A DNA stretch of 63,688 bases, filler included, from Pseudomonadota bacterium (GCA_043820105.1; 6 parts of 6 records of this genome joined end to end with filler, not necessarily neighbours in it), one strand, 5' to 3'. Shown: positions 1-9,592, numbered from the whole stretch's first letter. Made by a program: numbers and translations. The notes: generated by a model not told the origin, from the letters alone.

Positions 1-232
1 GAGAGGTGCATAAAGCCTCTCCCTTTGTTTTAAATTAAAAATATCGCTTCCTCCAATGCCTTAAAAAACCTTTACTACTGTCCACTTCCCTTATCGTTTA
101 GTTTAAGTTGTAAATAATTTTATTGGTTCAATAAAATGTAATATCTATTGTTCAGAATAATGTGTAAGGGGACAATAAAAAATTATCACTTTATTAAGGG
201 GAGTTCTTTAACTCTTAGGCAATTAAAGTGAC

Positions 233-441
233 TGCCTGATTTTGATCAGAAAAGGATGGGGCTTCCATTTCAAAAACAGTGTATCGGATCAAGGCTCGAT
301 CCAGGGAGTAAGAAATTAATTTTGAATTTTGAATTTTAAATTTTATATATGGCTTGGTGAGATCAAGGGTAAAAACCACACTGGGGCTTTTGGGCCGTCT
401 GTTTTTGAAATGGAAGCCCCCTTCTTTTCCAAAATCAGGCA
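233..441. repeat. Long palindromic (MITE/REP-like) element, copy 1
   Basis: Terminal inverted repeats TGCCTGATTTTG..AGAAAAGGATGGGGCTTCCATTTCAAAAACAG / CTGTTTTTGAAATGGAAGCCCCCTTCTTTTCCAAAATCAGGCA; related to the element at 6162-6407 in the opposite orientation. Confidence 0.75.
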
Positions 442-500
442 AAGTAAACTATTTTTATTGCTTTTTTCTTATTATTCCTGCAAATGATACCCTACTTAAA

Positions 501-556
501 ACGCCGTACGCCGTACGCCGTACGCCATACGCCGTACGCCATACGCTGTACGCAAT
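501..556. repeat. Heptamer tandem repeat (ACGCCGT)x8, degenerate
   Basis: ACGCCGT ACGCCGT ACGCCGT ACGCCAT ACGCCGT ACGCCAT ACGCTGT ACGCAAT, immediately upstream of the RBS of the PLP enzyme gene. Confidence 0.95.
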
Positions 557-571
557 TATAAGGAGATTTAT

Positions 572-2041
572 ATGATTCCAATTATAGATAAAGTTGTTAA
601 TCAAAAAATACTAGAAAGCGCAGTTCAAAGATACAAAGAAAAAGGCATTATTTTGCCAACTTTTGCTCAGCAAAAAAATCCTGATCTAATTCCTGATAAA
701 ATCAAAGATCAGCTTAAAAATATTGGCCTCTGGGACCTTCATCCTTTGAACCTTTTTAGGATCACATGGAAAAATGAACCTAAAGAAAAAGGTGGTCTTT
801 ATGGGGATGTTAATTATGTTGAACTTCCAAAGGAATTAACTGGAGTTGACGCAAGAATCGTTGCTTTAGTTGGCAAGTATTTTCCAACTGGAGCACATAA
901 AGTTGGAGCAGCTTATGGCTGCCTTGCTCCAAGAATTATTACAGGTGAATTTGATCCTGCTAATAACAAAGCAGTTTGGCCTTCAACTGGTAATTATTGC
1001 AGGGGGGGTGCTTTTGATTCTTATTTAATGGGTGTTACATCTGTTGCTATTTTACCTGAAGAAATGAGTCAGGAAAGATTTGATTGGCTAAATGAAATTG
1101 GAGCTGAAGTTATAGCTACCCCTGGTTGCGAATCAAATGTTAAAGAAATCTATGATAAGTGTTGGGATATTCGCAAAAACAGACCTGATTGTGTTATTTT
1201 CAATCAATTTGATGAATTTGGTAATGCAGCTTGGCACTACAATGTAACTGGCTCAGCTATTTTTGAAGTTTTCAATAAAATCAAAAGTAAAAATTCAAAC
1301 CTTGCTTCTTACATTTCAGCTACAGGTTCTGCCGGAACTATAGCAGCTGGTGATTTTTTAAGAACACAATCTCCACACATGAAAGTTGTAGCAACTGAAG
1401 CACTTCAGTGCCCTACACTACTGATGAACGGCTTTGGTGGTCATAGAATTGAAGGAATTGGTGACAAACATGTTCCCTGGATTCACAATGTTAAAAATAC
1501 AAATATGGTTTCAGCTATTGATGATGAACAATGCATGAGACTTCTTAGACTTTTTAATGAAAAAGATGGAACAGACTTTCTAAAATCAAAGTCAATTGAT
1601 CCTCTACTTGTTGATAAACTCTCACTTCTTGGCATTTCTTCAATTTGCAATGTTTTGGCAGCGATTAAGACAGCTAAATATTATGAAATGACATCAGATG
1701 ATATTATTTTTACAATAGCAACTGATTCAAGCGAAATGTATCAATCTCGTTTAGCAGAACTCAATAAAGATTATGGAACTTATTCAAACACACAAGCAGC
1801 TATTGATTATGAATCAAATCTAGCAAATGTTGCAACTGACAACCTTAAAGAATTGACTTTTGTTGATCAAAAAATGATTCACAATTTAAAATATTATACC
1901 TGGATCGAACAACAAGCAAAAGAGATTGAAGACCTTAACCAATTATGGTCAGACAGAGAGATTTGGCCAAAAGTTTTTAACCAAGTTCATAAATGGGATG
2001 AACTCATTAATCAATTTAATGAGATGACAGGTTTGTTATAA
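572..2041 (+). CDS. PLP-dependent enzyme, fold type II (cysteine synthase/PALP superfamily)
   Basis: TGAHKVGAA (PLP lysine), PSTGNY and TGSAGT motifs; AGGAG RBS. Confidence 0.85.
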   Translation: MIPIIDKVVNQKILESAVQRYKEKGIILPTFAQQKNPDLIPDKIKDQLKNIGLWDLHPLNLFRITWKNEPKEKGGLYGDVNYVELPKELTGVDARIVALVGKYFPTGAHKVGAAYGCLAPRIITGEFDPANNKAVWPSTGNYCRGGAFDSYLMGVTSVAILPEEMSQERFDWLNEIGAEVIATPGCESNVKEIYDKCWDIRKNRPDCVIFNQFDEFGNAAWHYNVTGSAIFEVFNKIKSKNSNLASYISATGSAGTIAAGDFLRTQSPHMKVVATEALQCPTLLMNGFGGHRIEGIGDKHVPWIHNVKNTNMVSAIDDEQCMRLLRLFNEKDGTDFLKSKSIDPLLVDKLSLLGISSICNVLAAIKTAKYYEMTSDDIIFTIATDSSEMYQSRLAELNKDYGTYSNTQAAIDYESNLANVATDNLKELTFVDQKMIHNLKYYTWIEQQAKEIEDLNQLWSDREIWPKVFNQVHKWDELINQFNEMTGLL

Positions 2042-2045
2042 AAAT

Positions 2046-2555
2046 TTAATCTTCCATTGGGGTCATAATATTTCCTTCTTTATAGGCATCTCCACCACCA
2101 TCTTTGTCTCTTCTTGCAACCATAACAAAAGCTCCAACATTGCCGTCTTCATCTAAATCCTGTGCAACAACCATTTTCATAACTTCTGTTGCCGAAGCTC
2201 CATCAAGGGCTTCAATCCAAAAAGCACTATATATATCGTCATCAGGAACATAGCCAATTATCTTACAGTCTGAATTATTGGCAATTGCTGATTGGCTGCC
2301 AGCAGTTTTATTGCCATTTAAATCAGCCCATCCTGTTGGTAATGGGCTTGCCTGTGATGCAACAAAATGAAATTTTGCATTGTCAATATTGTAATCTGAC
2401 TCTGCTGCAAATAATCCATTTAATATTGTATTTACTTCACTTTGTTTTGATTTCTTAATATAAGCCATAAAGCTTGGGATGGCGATTGCAGCCAAAATTC
2501 CAATAATTGCTACAACAATCATGAGTTCAACAAGTGTAAAACCTTTTTTCTTCAT
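2046..2555 (-). CDS. Type IV pilin (prepilin N-terminal cleavage/methylation domain)
   Basis: [29 protein letters not shown] class III signal; GGAGG RBS. Confidence 0.93.
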   Translation of the reverse strand: MKKKGFTLVELMIVVAIIGILAAIAIPSFMAYIKKSKQSEVNTILNGLFAAESDYNIDNAKFHFVASQASPLPTGWADLNGNKTAGSQSAIANNSDCKIIGYVPDDDIYSAFWIEALDGASATEVMKMVVAQDLDEDGNVGAFVMVARRDKDGGGDAYKEGNIMTPMED

Positions 2556-2589
2556 AGTGTCCTCCTTTGTATAATTTTTAATCCTCTTT

Positions 2590-2668
2590 GATACTAGATG
2601 CTAGATACTAGATGCTCGATAAAAACTTCTAGCATCGAAAATCGACCATCGAGAATCGAGAATCTAGA
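2590..2668. repeat. Inverted pair of heptamer arrays in the pilin 5' region
   Basis: GATACTA GATGCTA GATACTA GATGCTC ... TAGCATC GAAAATC GACCATC GAGAATC GAGAATC. Confidence 0.85.
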
Positions 2669-2804
2669 TTTATTATTAATGATAAGTCTTTCTATTATAA
2701 CAAAAAGAAAGAAAGAAAGAAAACAACAAATAATTTAAACCTTGAAATATATCCTGTTTTTGATAATAATTTGTTTGTTTATTGATATTATATAAAGAGA
2801 ACCT

Positions 2805-3098
2805 ATGAAGCTCGATGATATACTTAAGATTCTTAAAGATAACTTAAATGAGATTAACAATTATGGTGTTATTAAACTTGGTGTTTTTGGCTCTTTTGTA
2901 AAAAACACATTTTCGCACGATAGTGATATTGATATTGTTGTGCAATTTAAAAAAGGCTCAAAAACATTTGATAACTTCATGGATTTGAAGTTCTATTTAG
3001 AAAAAATATTGAATAAAAAAGTAGATCTTGTGATTTTGGAAGCAATTAAGCCTGATCTTAAAGATGAGATCTTAAAGGATGTAGAATATGCCGCGTAA
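2805..3098 (+). CDS. Minimal nucleotidyltransferase (MNT) antitoxin
   Basis: 97 aa with FGS...DSDIDIVV motif and KKVDLV; overlaps the downstream HEPN gene. Confidence 0.9.
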   Translation: MKLDDILKILKDNLNEINNYGVIKLGVFGSFVKNTFSHDSDIDIVVQFKKGSKTFDNFMDLKFYLEKILNKKVDLVILEAIKPDLKDEILKDVEYAA

Positions 3099-3429
3099 CT
3101 ATAAAGTTTATTTGACTGATATATTAGAAGCAATTACTAAAATAGAATCTTATGCTAAAGATTTAAGTTATGAAGAATTTTTAACAAATGACCTTGTTCA
3201 AGACGCAATCATAAGAAACCTTGAAGTAATCGGAGAGGCTGTAAAAGGTGTTCCAAATGACATAAAGAATTCTAATCAAAATATAGAGTGGAGAAAAATA
3301 GCTGGCTTAAGGGATATATTAATTCACGAATACTTTGGAATAGATCATGAAATTATTTGGGATGTTATTTCAAATAAATTAGAAACTTTAAAAATTAAGA
3401 TAAGTGAAATAAAAAATAAAATGAAATGA
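3088..3429 (+). CDS. HEPN/DUF86 RNase toxin (HepT-like)
   Basis: DAIIRNLEVIGEA and RDILIHEY (RxxxxH) motifs; paired with MNT. Confidence 0.9.
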   Translation: MPRNYKVYLTDILEAITKIESYAKDLSYEEFLTNDLVQDAIIRNLEVIGEAVKGVPNDIKNSNQNIEWRKIAGLRDILIHEYFGIDHEIIWDVISNKLETLKIKISEIKNKMK

Positions 3430-3472
3430 GCTAATTAATCAATTTAATGAGATGACAGGTTTGTTAAAATAG
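3426..3472 (+). repeat. Second copy of the 3' end of the PLP enzyme gene
   Basis: 3434-3466 is identical to 2006-2038 (33 bp, ATTAATCAATTTAATGAGATGACAGGTTTGTTA). Confidence 0.92.
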
Positions 3473-3479
3473 TATTATA

Positions 3480-3590
3480 TCAATCTTCTACTTCAGTCAT
3501 GATTTCATTGGTTGCTTTATAAGCATCTCCCGTTCCAGCTTTATCTCTATATGCAACAATAAAATACTGCCCAACAGTGTCATCATCTAT
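3480..3590 (-). pseudogene. Start-less 3' fragment of a variant pilin gene
   Basis: Translates IDDDTVGQYFIVAYRDKAGTGDAYKATNEIMTEVED*, aligning with the pilin C-terminus [35 protein letters not shown]; in-frame stop just upstream and no ATG. Confidence 0.85.
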
Positions 3591-3689
3591 AACAGAAAGA
3601 AAGATAAATTTGTTTTAAAAATTTTCCTTTTACATTTTAAGAATCAAAATATATATTAATCATGATTTATTATATTAGGATAAAAACAA

Positions 3690-4445
3690 ATGAACTATGA
3701 AAATAAAATACCTCAAGTAGAAAACTTGAATAAAGAGATTGATAGTTTAAGGCCACTTAGCAATGATATTCTCAGACAAATTAAGGAATATTATAAGATA
3801 AGTTATACATTTTCCTCAAATGCTATTGAAGGAAATACGCTTAGTGAATCTGAAACAAAAATTGTTATTGAAGATGGTCTTACTGTTGCTGGCAAACCAT
3901 TAAGGGATCATAATGAAGCTTTAGGACATTCAGAAGCCTATAACCATCTTTGGACCTTAAAAGAAAATAAGAAAATCACATATAATGATATTTTAGACTT
4001 ACATAAATTATTTTTTTACAGAATATCTTCTGATGAAGCAGGAAAACTAAGAAATAATAAAGTAATTATTACAGGAACAGAATACATTCCTCCAGAACCT
4101 ATTAAGTTAGAAAAATTATTGAAAAATGCTTTTGAAAACCTGGAATTAAAAAGAGGCAATATTCATCCAATTGCACTTGCTTCCAAGGCACACATGGAAA
4201 TAGTAAATATTCATCCTTTTATTGATGGAAACGGAAGATGTGCCCGCCTTTTTATGAATCTTATTTTATTACAAGAAGGATATATTATAGGTTTAATTCC
4301 CCCTATTCTCAGATCCGACTATATCTCAATTGTCAAAGATGTGCAGCTTGCAAAAAAAGATGAACGTTTTTTTATAAATTTTATCTCAAATTGTCTTTAT
4401 GAAACGACAAAGGATTACTTAAGACTATTAAAAAGCCTTATTTAA
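3690..4445 (+). CDS. Fic family protein (class II, N-terminal inhibitory motif)
   Basis: HPFIDGNGRCAR Fic motif; SNAIEGN inhibitory motif. Confidence 0.93.
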   Translation: MNYENKIPQVENLNKEIDSLRPLSNDILRQIKEYYKISYTFSSNAIEGNTLSESETKIVIEDGLTVAGKPLRDHNEALGHSEAYNHLWTLKENKKITYNDILDLHKLFFYRISSDEAGKLRNNKVIITGTEYIPPEPIKLEKLLKNAFENLELKRGNIHPIALASKAHMEIVNIHPFIDGNGRCARLFMNLILLQEGYIIGLIPPILRSDYISIVKDVQLAKKDERFFINFISNCLYETTKDYLRLLKSLI

Positions 4446-4450
4446 CTAAA

Positions 4451-4650
4451 ACTTAAGAGTAATTACTTACTTTGACCAAAAAATGATTTATAACCTTAAA
4501 TACTATGCTTGAATTGAACAACAAGCAAAAGAAATAGAATATCTAAATCAACTCTGGTCTGACAGAGAGATTTGCCCAAAAGTTTTTAAACAAGTTCATA
4601 AATGAGATGAGATGATCAATCAGTTTAATGAGATAATAGGATTATTATAA
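4451..4650 (+). pseudogene. Third, decayed copy of the last ~200 bp of the PLP enzyme gene
   Basis: Aligns with about 1845-2041 (DQKMI.NLKYY..IEQQAKEIE.LNQLWSDREI.PKVF.QVHK...); two TGG codons have become TGA. Confidence 0.9.
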
Positions 4651-4745
4651 TTACTTATCCTTTTCTAAGCAATTAATTTATCCATAAATCATTTTAGAAT
4701 TATCTATAATTCTAGCAAAAGATCATTTTTCATATTTTTCCACAC

Positions 4746-4761
4746 AGTGATTTCAATCACA
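4746..4761. promoter_or_regulatory. CRP/FNR-like palindromic site
   Basis: AGTGA-TTTCAA-TCACA resembles TGTGA-N6-TCACA, about 65 bp upstream of the 4827 ORF. Confidence 0.45.
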
Positions 4762-4826
4762 GACTAAAAGAGCAATTATGACTATATTCTTTTTTGAATT
4801 GATTATTACTAAAAGGAGATAAAGAA

Positions 4827-5255
4827 ATGATTCTCATACAAGATAATAAAATAGATAATATGTATGTTTTAAAGTTCATAAGCTTTGATGAAGCAAAAAA
4901 TACATTATCTCGTCTTCATGTTTTTTTAAACAAAAAGAAAAAAGGTAAAATCTATTCTGATAAAGAAATTAGAATTTTACTTGATGGAAAATATGATTCT
5001 TTGGGTAATTTTGAAAGCTTTACATCAGCAGCTATGGCTGAATTTTTTAATGAAATTTTAGAACTAAATTATTGGACCTTACTAAGCTTAGAGGAAAAAA
5101 TCTTTTTAAGCGAAATATTAAAACAGCATTTGGTATATTGGAAAAATGGTAAATTTGCATCAACAAATACATTCATTATCTCAGCTGTTGAAGATATAAA
5201 AGATCTTGGTCAAATCCAATATAAAAAAGAACAAGAAATTGTTTTTGAATATTAG
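4827..5255 (+). CDS. Hypothetical protein
   Basis: 142-aa ORF with AAGGAG RBS; no recognisable motif. Confidence 0.7.
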   Translation: MILIQDNKIDNMYVLKFISFDEAKNTLSRLHVFLNKKKKGKIYSDKEIRILLDGKYDSLGNFESFTSAAMAEFFNEILELNYWTLLSLEEKIFLSEILKQHLVYWKNGKFASTNTFIISAVEDIKDLGQIQYKKEQEIVFEY

Positions 5256-5334
5256 TTTTTATATCATTAATTCTTAGATGCTTGTTTTCAAAAGAAGAAA
5301 ATGGGTAAACAAGACTCTAGATTTGTTCTGTATT

Positions 5335-5943
5335 TTACTTAATATCTTTTTCATAATTAAAATTATCTAAAACACATGGATCATTCACATTAATAAATTC
5401 TGTTTTGCCAATGTATTTTTCTAAAATCAACCTTAGATTACTTGAAGCACTTGCATTTGACATGGCTTTAATTATCGATTTGTGAATTATTATTGGATGT
5501 CCTAATTCACCCTTATGCCTTGGAATAATAACCTTGGGTTTTGGCTTGGTATCTAATTTATCAAGAAGTTTTTTGATGGTACCTGTCTTAACAAAAGGAT
5601 GATCAATAAGAGATATTAAACAATAATCAAATTCTCTATAAAGCAGATGATTTGCAACTTTTTGTAGGCTTGAAAACTGACCTAGTTCAAAATTTTCATT
5701 AACAACAATATAAGCCTTCCAATCTTTTTGAACAATATCACTTAAATGATTAATTACATCAATTGACCTGTAACCAACTACAACAAAAAACTTAGTGATA
5801 TTAGCTTTAGCCAGATTTTGCATAGTATGATCCAAAAAGGATGCAGAATTAATCATTTTTAGAGGTTTTAAAGAAGACATTCTGGTTGATTTGCCAGCTG
5901 CCAAAATTATAGAACAAATATTTTCCATTTTCTTTTCTTGCAT
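5335..5943 (-). CDS. MobA/MocA-like NTP transferase (molybdenum cofactor cytidylyltransferase-like)
   Basis: IILAAGKSTRM, GQFSSL, DHPFV and GHPIII motifs. Confidence 0.85.
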   Translation of the reverse strand: MQEKKMENICSIILAAGKSTRMSSLKPLKMINSASFLDHTMQNLAKANITKFFVVVGYRSIDVINHLSDIVQKDWKAYIVVNENFELGQFSSLQKVANHLLYREFDYCLISLIDHPFVKTGTIKKLLDKLDTKPKPKVIIPRHKGELGHPIIIHKSIIKAMSNASASSNLRLILEKYIGKTEFINVNDPCVLDNFNYEKDIK

Positions 5944-6038
5944 TTGATAATTAACTTACTAAAAAGTGGCGCTGAGAATAATAATTCACAGCTTTAATTA
6001 TTTCTTTAATTTTATATATTAATGAAATGGAGTTTGAA

Positions 6039-6146
6039 ATGCAAATCAATTATATTAGTACTCAATTTCAAATTGAGACAATCACATCAGAGTCTTCATT
6101 AAACGAAATTTATAAACTACGATATGCAATCTATGTAATTGAATAA
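6039..6146 (+). pseudogene. Truncated 35-aa remnant resembling a GNAT/acyltransferase N-terminus
   Basis: GGAG RBS, then MQINYISTQFQIETITSESSLNEIYKLRYAIYVIE*; ends just before the palindromic element. Confidence 0.45.
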
Positions 6147-6161
6147 AAAGAAAAGCACACT

Positions 6162-6407
6162 TGCCTGATTTTAGAAAAGGAAATCGTGTCTTCATTTCAA
6201 AAAAAGACGGCTCAAAATTCCCGGCGGAATTTTGGCCATGATCTCACCGCGCTATTTTCCAAGTATAAGTAAAATGAAATTTCCAAGTTAAAAACATTTA
6301 AAGGCTGAGATTTCATTTAACTTCTACTAGGAAAAACCGGCTAGCGCGGCTCCGATACACTTTTTTTGAAATGAAGACACGATTTCCTTTTCTTATAAAA
6401 TCAGGCC
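6162..6407. repeat. Long palindromic (MITE/REP-like) element, copy 2
   Basis: About 44-bp terminal inverted repeats (6163-6206 and 6360-6406) plus internal complementary segments. Confidence 0.85.
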
Positions 6408-6491
6408 AATATTTAAATAAGAATAAGGTTTAATAACTAAATCTTTAATAATATATCCCAGTGGGTATTTTTTATATAAGAAAAATAAATA

Positions 6492-7307
6492 TTATGATAT
6501 TGCGGGGATTACTTTTGTGATTAGTTTGATGAATTTTTCGTTTACTTTTTTGCTGACTTCTATGACTTCTTCGTGGCTTGTTTTGCTTGGGTGCACATTG
6601 GTTATGCATGATATGCCTAGTATTTTAAGGCCGCAATGATTAGCGACAATTGTTTCTGGGATTGTTGACATTCCAGCAGCGTCAATTCCAACTGTTTTAA
6701 AAAAATGTATTTCAGCTGGGGTTTCATATGTTGGTCCTGTAAAAGCTGAGTAGACGCCCTCTTTTATATCAAAGCCAAGCTTGCTTGCAACACCTTTTGC
6801 TATATCTCTTAGATCTTTACTATAAACATTTGATTGATCAGGAAAACGAGGTCCAAATCTTTCGTCATTATCCCCAATTAAGGGATTTGTTCCAAATAAA
6901 TTTATATGATCTTTTATTATCATTAAATCTCCAGGTACAAAGCTTGGATTAACACCCCCTGCTGCATTTGTTACAACTAATTTTTCAAGCCCCATTAACT
7001 TAAAAAGCCTGGCAGGAAAAACCACTTTGTCCATATCAGCTGCTTCATAAAAATGAATTCTTCCTTGCATTGCAACTATCGGAAGCTCGTCATTTTGGCA
7101 CACTTTCCCAATTACTAAATTCCCTTTATGGCCAGCTACCTTTGATTTTTGGGGGAAATTTGGAATTTCAGAATAGTCAATAACAACTGAATCATAAAGC
7201 ATATCAGCAAAATTTCCTAAGCCTGAACCAAGAATTATACCAAGTTTAGGTTGTTTATCTAGTTTAGACAAAACATAATCAGCTGCTTCTTTAATTTGAT
7301 CGTACAT
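6492..7307 (-). CDS. punA: Purine nucleoside phosphorylase (trimeric type)
   Basis: GIILGSGLG, QGRIHFYE, TNAAGG, GPTYETPAE and GMSTIPE motifs. Confidence 0.95.
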   Translation of the reverse strand: MYDQIKEAADYVLSKLDKQPKLGIILGSGLGNFADMLYDSVVIDYSEIPNFPQKSKVAGHKGNLVIGKVCQNDELPIVAMQGRIHFYEAADMDKVVFPARLFKLMGLEKLVVTNAAGGVNPSFVPGDLMIIKDHINLFGTNPLIGDNDERFGPRFPDQSNVYSKDLRDIAKGVASKLGFDIKEGVYSAFTGPTYETPAEIHFFKTVGIDAAGMSTIPETIVANHCGLKILGISCITNVHPSKTSHEEVIEVSKKVNEKFIKLITKVIPAIS

Positions 7308-7342
7308 ATTTACTCCTTCCTATGCTTAAATTTAGTCTTTTC

Positions 7343-8635
7343 TTAGTCCTTGCTATTAAGTAAAAAACCTTGGTCTTGAAAGTTTTTTATCATGCTAAGA
7401 GCCTGAACTTTTGGAGCTTTAAATTTTATCACAAGATGTTTATCATCATAAATTTCTTCTATAATTGTTGTAATGGACCTAACCTTATTGGAAATCCATG
7501 CATTCTTAAGATCTATTTTAATTTTATATGAATCAAGAGTTCCTAAGTATTGATTAAAAATCATATCTTTTAACTCATCTATTCCTCTTGCTTTTAAAGC
7601 TGATATTTCACAAGCAGGATGATGCTTTTTTTTGAGACTTTCTATAAAGTGTTTTTGGGAAAGCAAATCACTTTTATTTAGTACATAAATTATAGGTTTT
7701 GAAGCAGAATTAATTTCTTTTAAAACTTTTAATGTTTCTTTAAATTGGTTCTCATAATCTTCATCATTAACATCAATTACATGCAATAATAAGTCTGAGT
7801 CTGAAACCTCTTCTAAGGTAGTATGGAAAGATTCAATAAGTGAATGAGGAAGATTTCTAATGAAGCCAACAGTATCGGAAACTAAGACTCGTGGTCTTTC
7901 TTTGACTTTTAATGATCTGATTTTTGAATCAAGAGTTGCAAAGAGTCTATCTTCTATTAAAGTATCGCAGCCTGTTAAAGCCTTTAAAAGTGTAGATTTC
8001 CCGGCGTTTGTATAACCAACAATAGAAACTCTAAAAACATCCTTCCTTGATGAAGCTCTTGTTTGTTGACCCATTCTAATAATTTTTAACTGGTCATTAA
8101 GGTTCTTTAAGCGTTTTCGAATCATACGTCTATCAAGTTCAAGTTGCTGTTCACCAATACCTCTTAGACCAATACCACCCCTTTGCCTTTCCAAATGAGT
8201 CCAGGCTCTTGTTAGGCGAGGCAAAGCATATAATAGCCTTGCTATCTCAACTTGAGTTTTCGCGGCTTTTGTTTTTGCTCTACCTGCAAAAATATCTAAA
8301 ATTATTTCACTCCACTCCATAACCTTTCTATCAATATACTTTTCAAGATTTTTATGTTGGGAAGGTGAAATGTCATGATTCAAAAGAATAACATCAATAT
8401 CATTTTCTAAAACTATGTTTTTTATTTGCTCTATTTTTCCTTTTCCAATGAATGTTGCAGAATTCACCTTTCCAAGTTTAATAAATAATGCCGCTTTTTT
8501 ATTAAATCCCAGCGTATAGGCAAGACCTTCCATTTCAGCAGCTATTCTTTCATAGGAATAGCTTTTGTTTCCTTCCATGTTTAATTGGATTGTCAATAAT
8601 AAGGCATTTAATTTTTCAGGAGATGTTTTATGCAA
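7343..8635 (-). CDS. hflX: Ribosome-splitting GTPase HflX
   Basis: HLERQRGGIG, GYTNAGKST, LFATLD, DTVGFI and NKSD motifs. Confidence 0.96.
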   Translation of the reverse strand: MHKTSPEKLNALLLTIQLNMEGNKSYSYERIAAEMEGLAYTLGFNKKAALFIKLGKVNSATFIGKGKIEQIKNIVLENDIDVILLNHDISPSQHKNLEKYIDRKVMEWSEIILDIFAGRAKTKAAKTQVEIARLLYALPRLTRAWTHLERQRGGIGLRGIGEQQLELDRRMIRKRLKNLNDQLKIIRMGQQTRASSRKDVFRVSIVGYTNAGKSTLLKALTGCDTLIEDRLFATLDSKIRSLKVKERPRVLVSDTVGFIRNLPHSLIESFHTTLEEVSDSDLLLHVIDVNDEDYENQFKETLKVLKEINSASKPIIYVLNKSDLLSQKHFIESLKKKHHPACEISALKARGIDELKDMIFNQYLGTLDSYKIKIDLKNAWISNKVRSITTIIEEIYDDKHLVIKFKAPKVQALSMIKNFQDQGFLLNSKD

Positions 8636-8638
8636 AGA

Positions 8639-9055
8639 TTATTTTTCAACCTTTTTCTTTGTTGAGGTAGTTTTTTTAGCACTAGCTTTTTTTGTTGTAG
8701 TTTTCTTTTTTGCTGCTGGTGCTTTTTTTTCTGTTGTCTTCTTTGCCTCAGGAGCTTTGGTGCTTCCTTGAACTTTTTGTTTTACATCTTTAGATTTAGC
8801 GATAACCATTTTTTTCACATCATTAATTTCATTAACAACTTTTTTAACCGTATCTATTTCTTTTTCATATTTGGTTTTTAATGTTTTTAATTCTTTGTCA
8901 TATTTATTCGCAACATTCTTTACAAGTCTTTCAAGCTCAGCAACTGAAGGCAGGTTTAGCTTTTTAATTTTTTTATCAATATTTTTTTCAAAGAATTCAG
9001 TTACAAATCCTTTTAATTTTTTAATATCAATATTTTTATGTTTTAAATCAACCAT
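8639..9055 (-). CDS. Phasin/PhaF-like coiled-coil protein with Lys/Ala/Thr-rich tail
   Basis: LNLPSVAELERL motif; histone-H1-like C-terminus (KKAPAAKKKTTTKKASAKK); GGAGG RBS. Confidence 0.55.
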   Translation of the reverse strand: MVDLKHKNIDIKKLKGFVTEFFEKNIDKKIKKLNLPSVAELERLVKNVANKYDKELKTLKTKYEKEIDTVKKVVNEINDVKKMVIAKSKDVKQKVQGSTKAPEAKKTTEKKAPAAKKKTTTKKASAKKTTSTKKKVEK

Positions 9056-9302
9056 TTAAGCCCTCCAAAAAAAAGTAGGTTTTTAATTTTTATTGAAAAG
9101 ACAATATTAATAAATTATCATTTTTGCAAGAAAATAAGAGTCCTTAATATTTCGAAAGTAAAGCAATAAGAGTAATAAAATAAAAGTCCCAGTACTATGC
9201 ACAGGTTTTTATAGGTAATTTTACTTTATTTTTATCGCATGATTTCAAAAACTTATGGATTTATGTTTGACAAAGGCATTATTATTGAGTTATAAGTTCA
9301 AA

Positions 9303-9432
9303 CATCATAATAAAGGAAATAAAAGTTTTTTTAATAGCACTCCCAAGTTAGTCGGTTTTACTGGCTAACGAAGATGCTCCCCAACTCTACCCTTTTATCC
9401 TGCAACATGGTTTTGTTGCAGGATTTTTTTTT
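9303..9432 (+). ncRNA. Candidate orphan small RNA
   Basis: TTGACA (9267-9272) N18 TATAAG promoter, internal hairpin GTTAGTCGG/CTGGCTAAC, intrinsic terminator, no credible ORF. Confidence 0.4.
9397..9432 (+). terminator. Intrinsic terminator
   Basis: 11-bp stem ATCCTGCAACA/TGTTGCAGGAT followed by a T run. Confidence 0.85.
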
Positions 9433-9557
9433 GAGATTATTCCCAAATTGATGTCTAGCTGCGTTGGCCGATTAAAATTTAATTTCGCCGTACAGCAGTA
9501 CGCCTCAAATAAATTTTAATCGACCGCCTTGCTATACAGCAATTTGGAAATAATCTC
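9433..9557. repeat. 125-bp palindromic repeat element
   Basis: GAGATTATTCCCAAATTG...CAATTTGGAAATAATCTC ends, nested arms CGATTAAAATTTA/TAAATTTTAATCG, central CGTAC..GTACG. Confidence 0.85.
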
Positions 9558-9592
9558 GAAAATGTTTTCAAAATAGTTTCATTAAGAATTAC

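Noticed and set aside
501-556. Possible CRISPR array here or at other repeats
   Set aside because: Units are 7-nt tandem repeats without unique spacers, and no cas genes are present.
215-575. ORFs 215-442 (-) and 354-575 (+)
   Set aside because: They read through the palindromic element and the heptamer array (TPYAVRR periodicity) and are probably spurious.
1845-4650. Diversity-generating retroelement TR/VR pair as the explanation for the repeated gene end
   Set aside because: Differences are not adenine-specific, many are synonymous, and no reverse transcriptase is present in the window.
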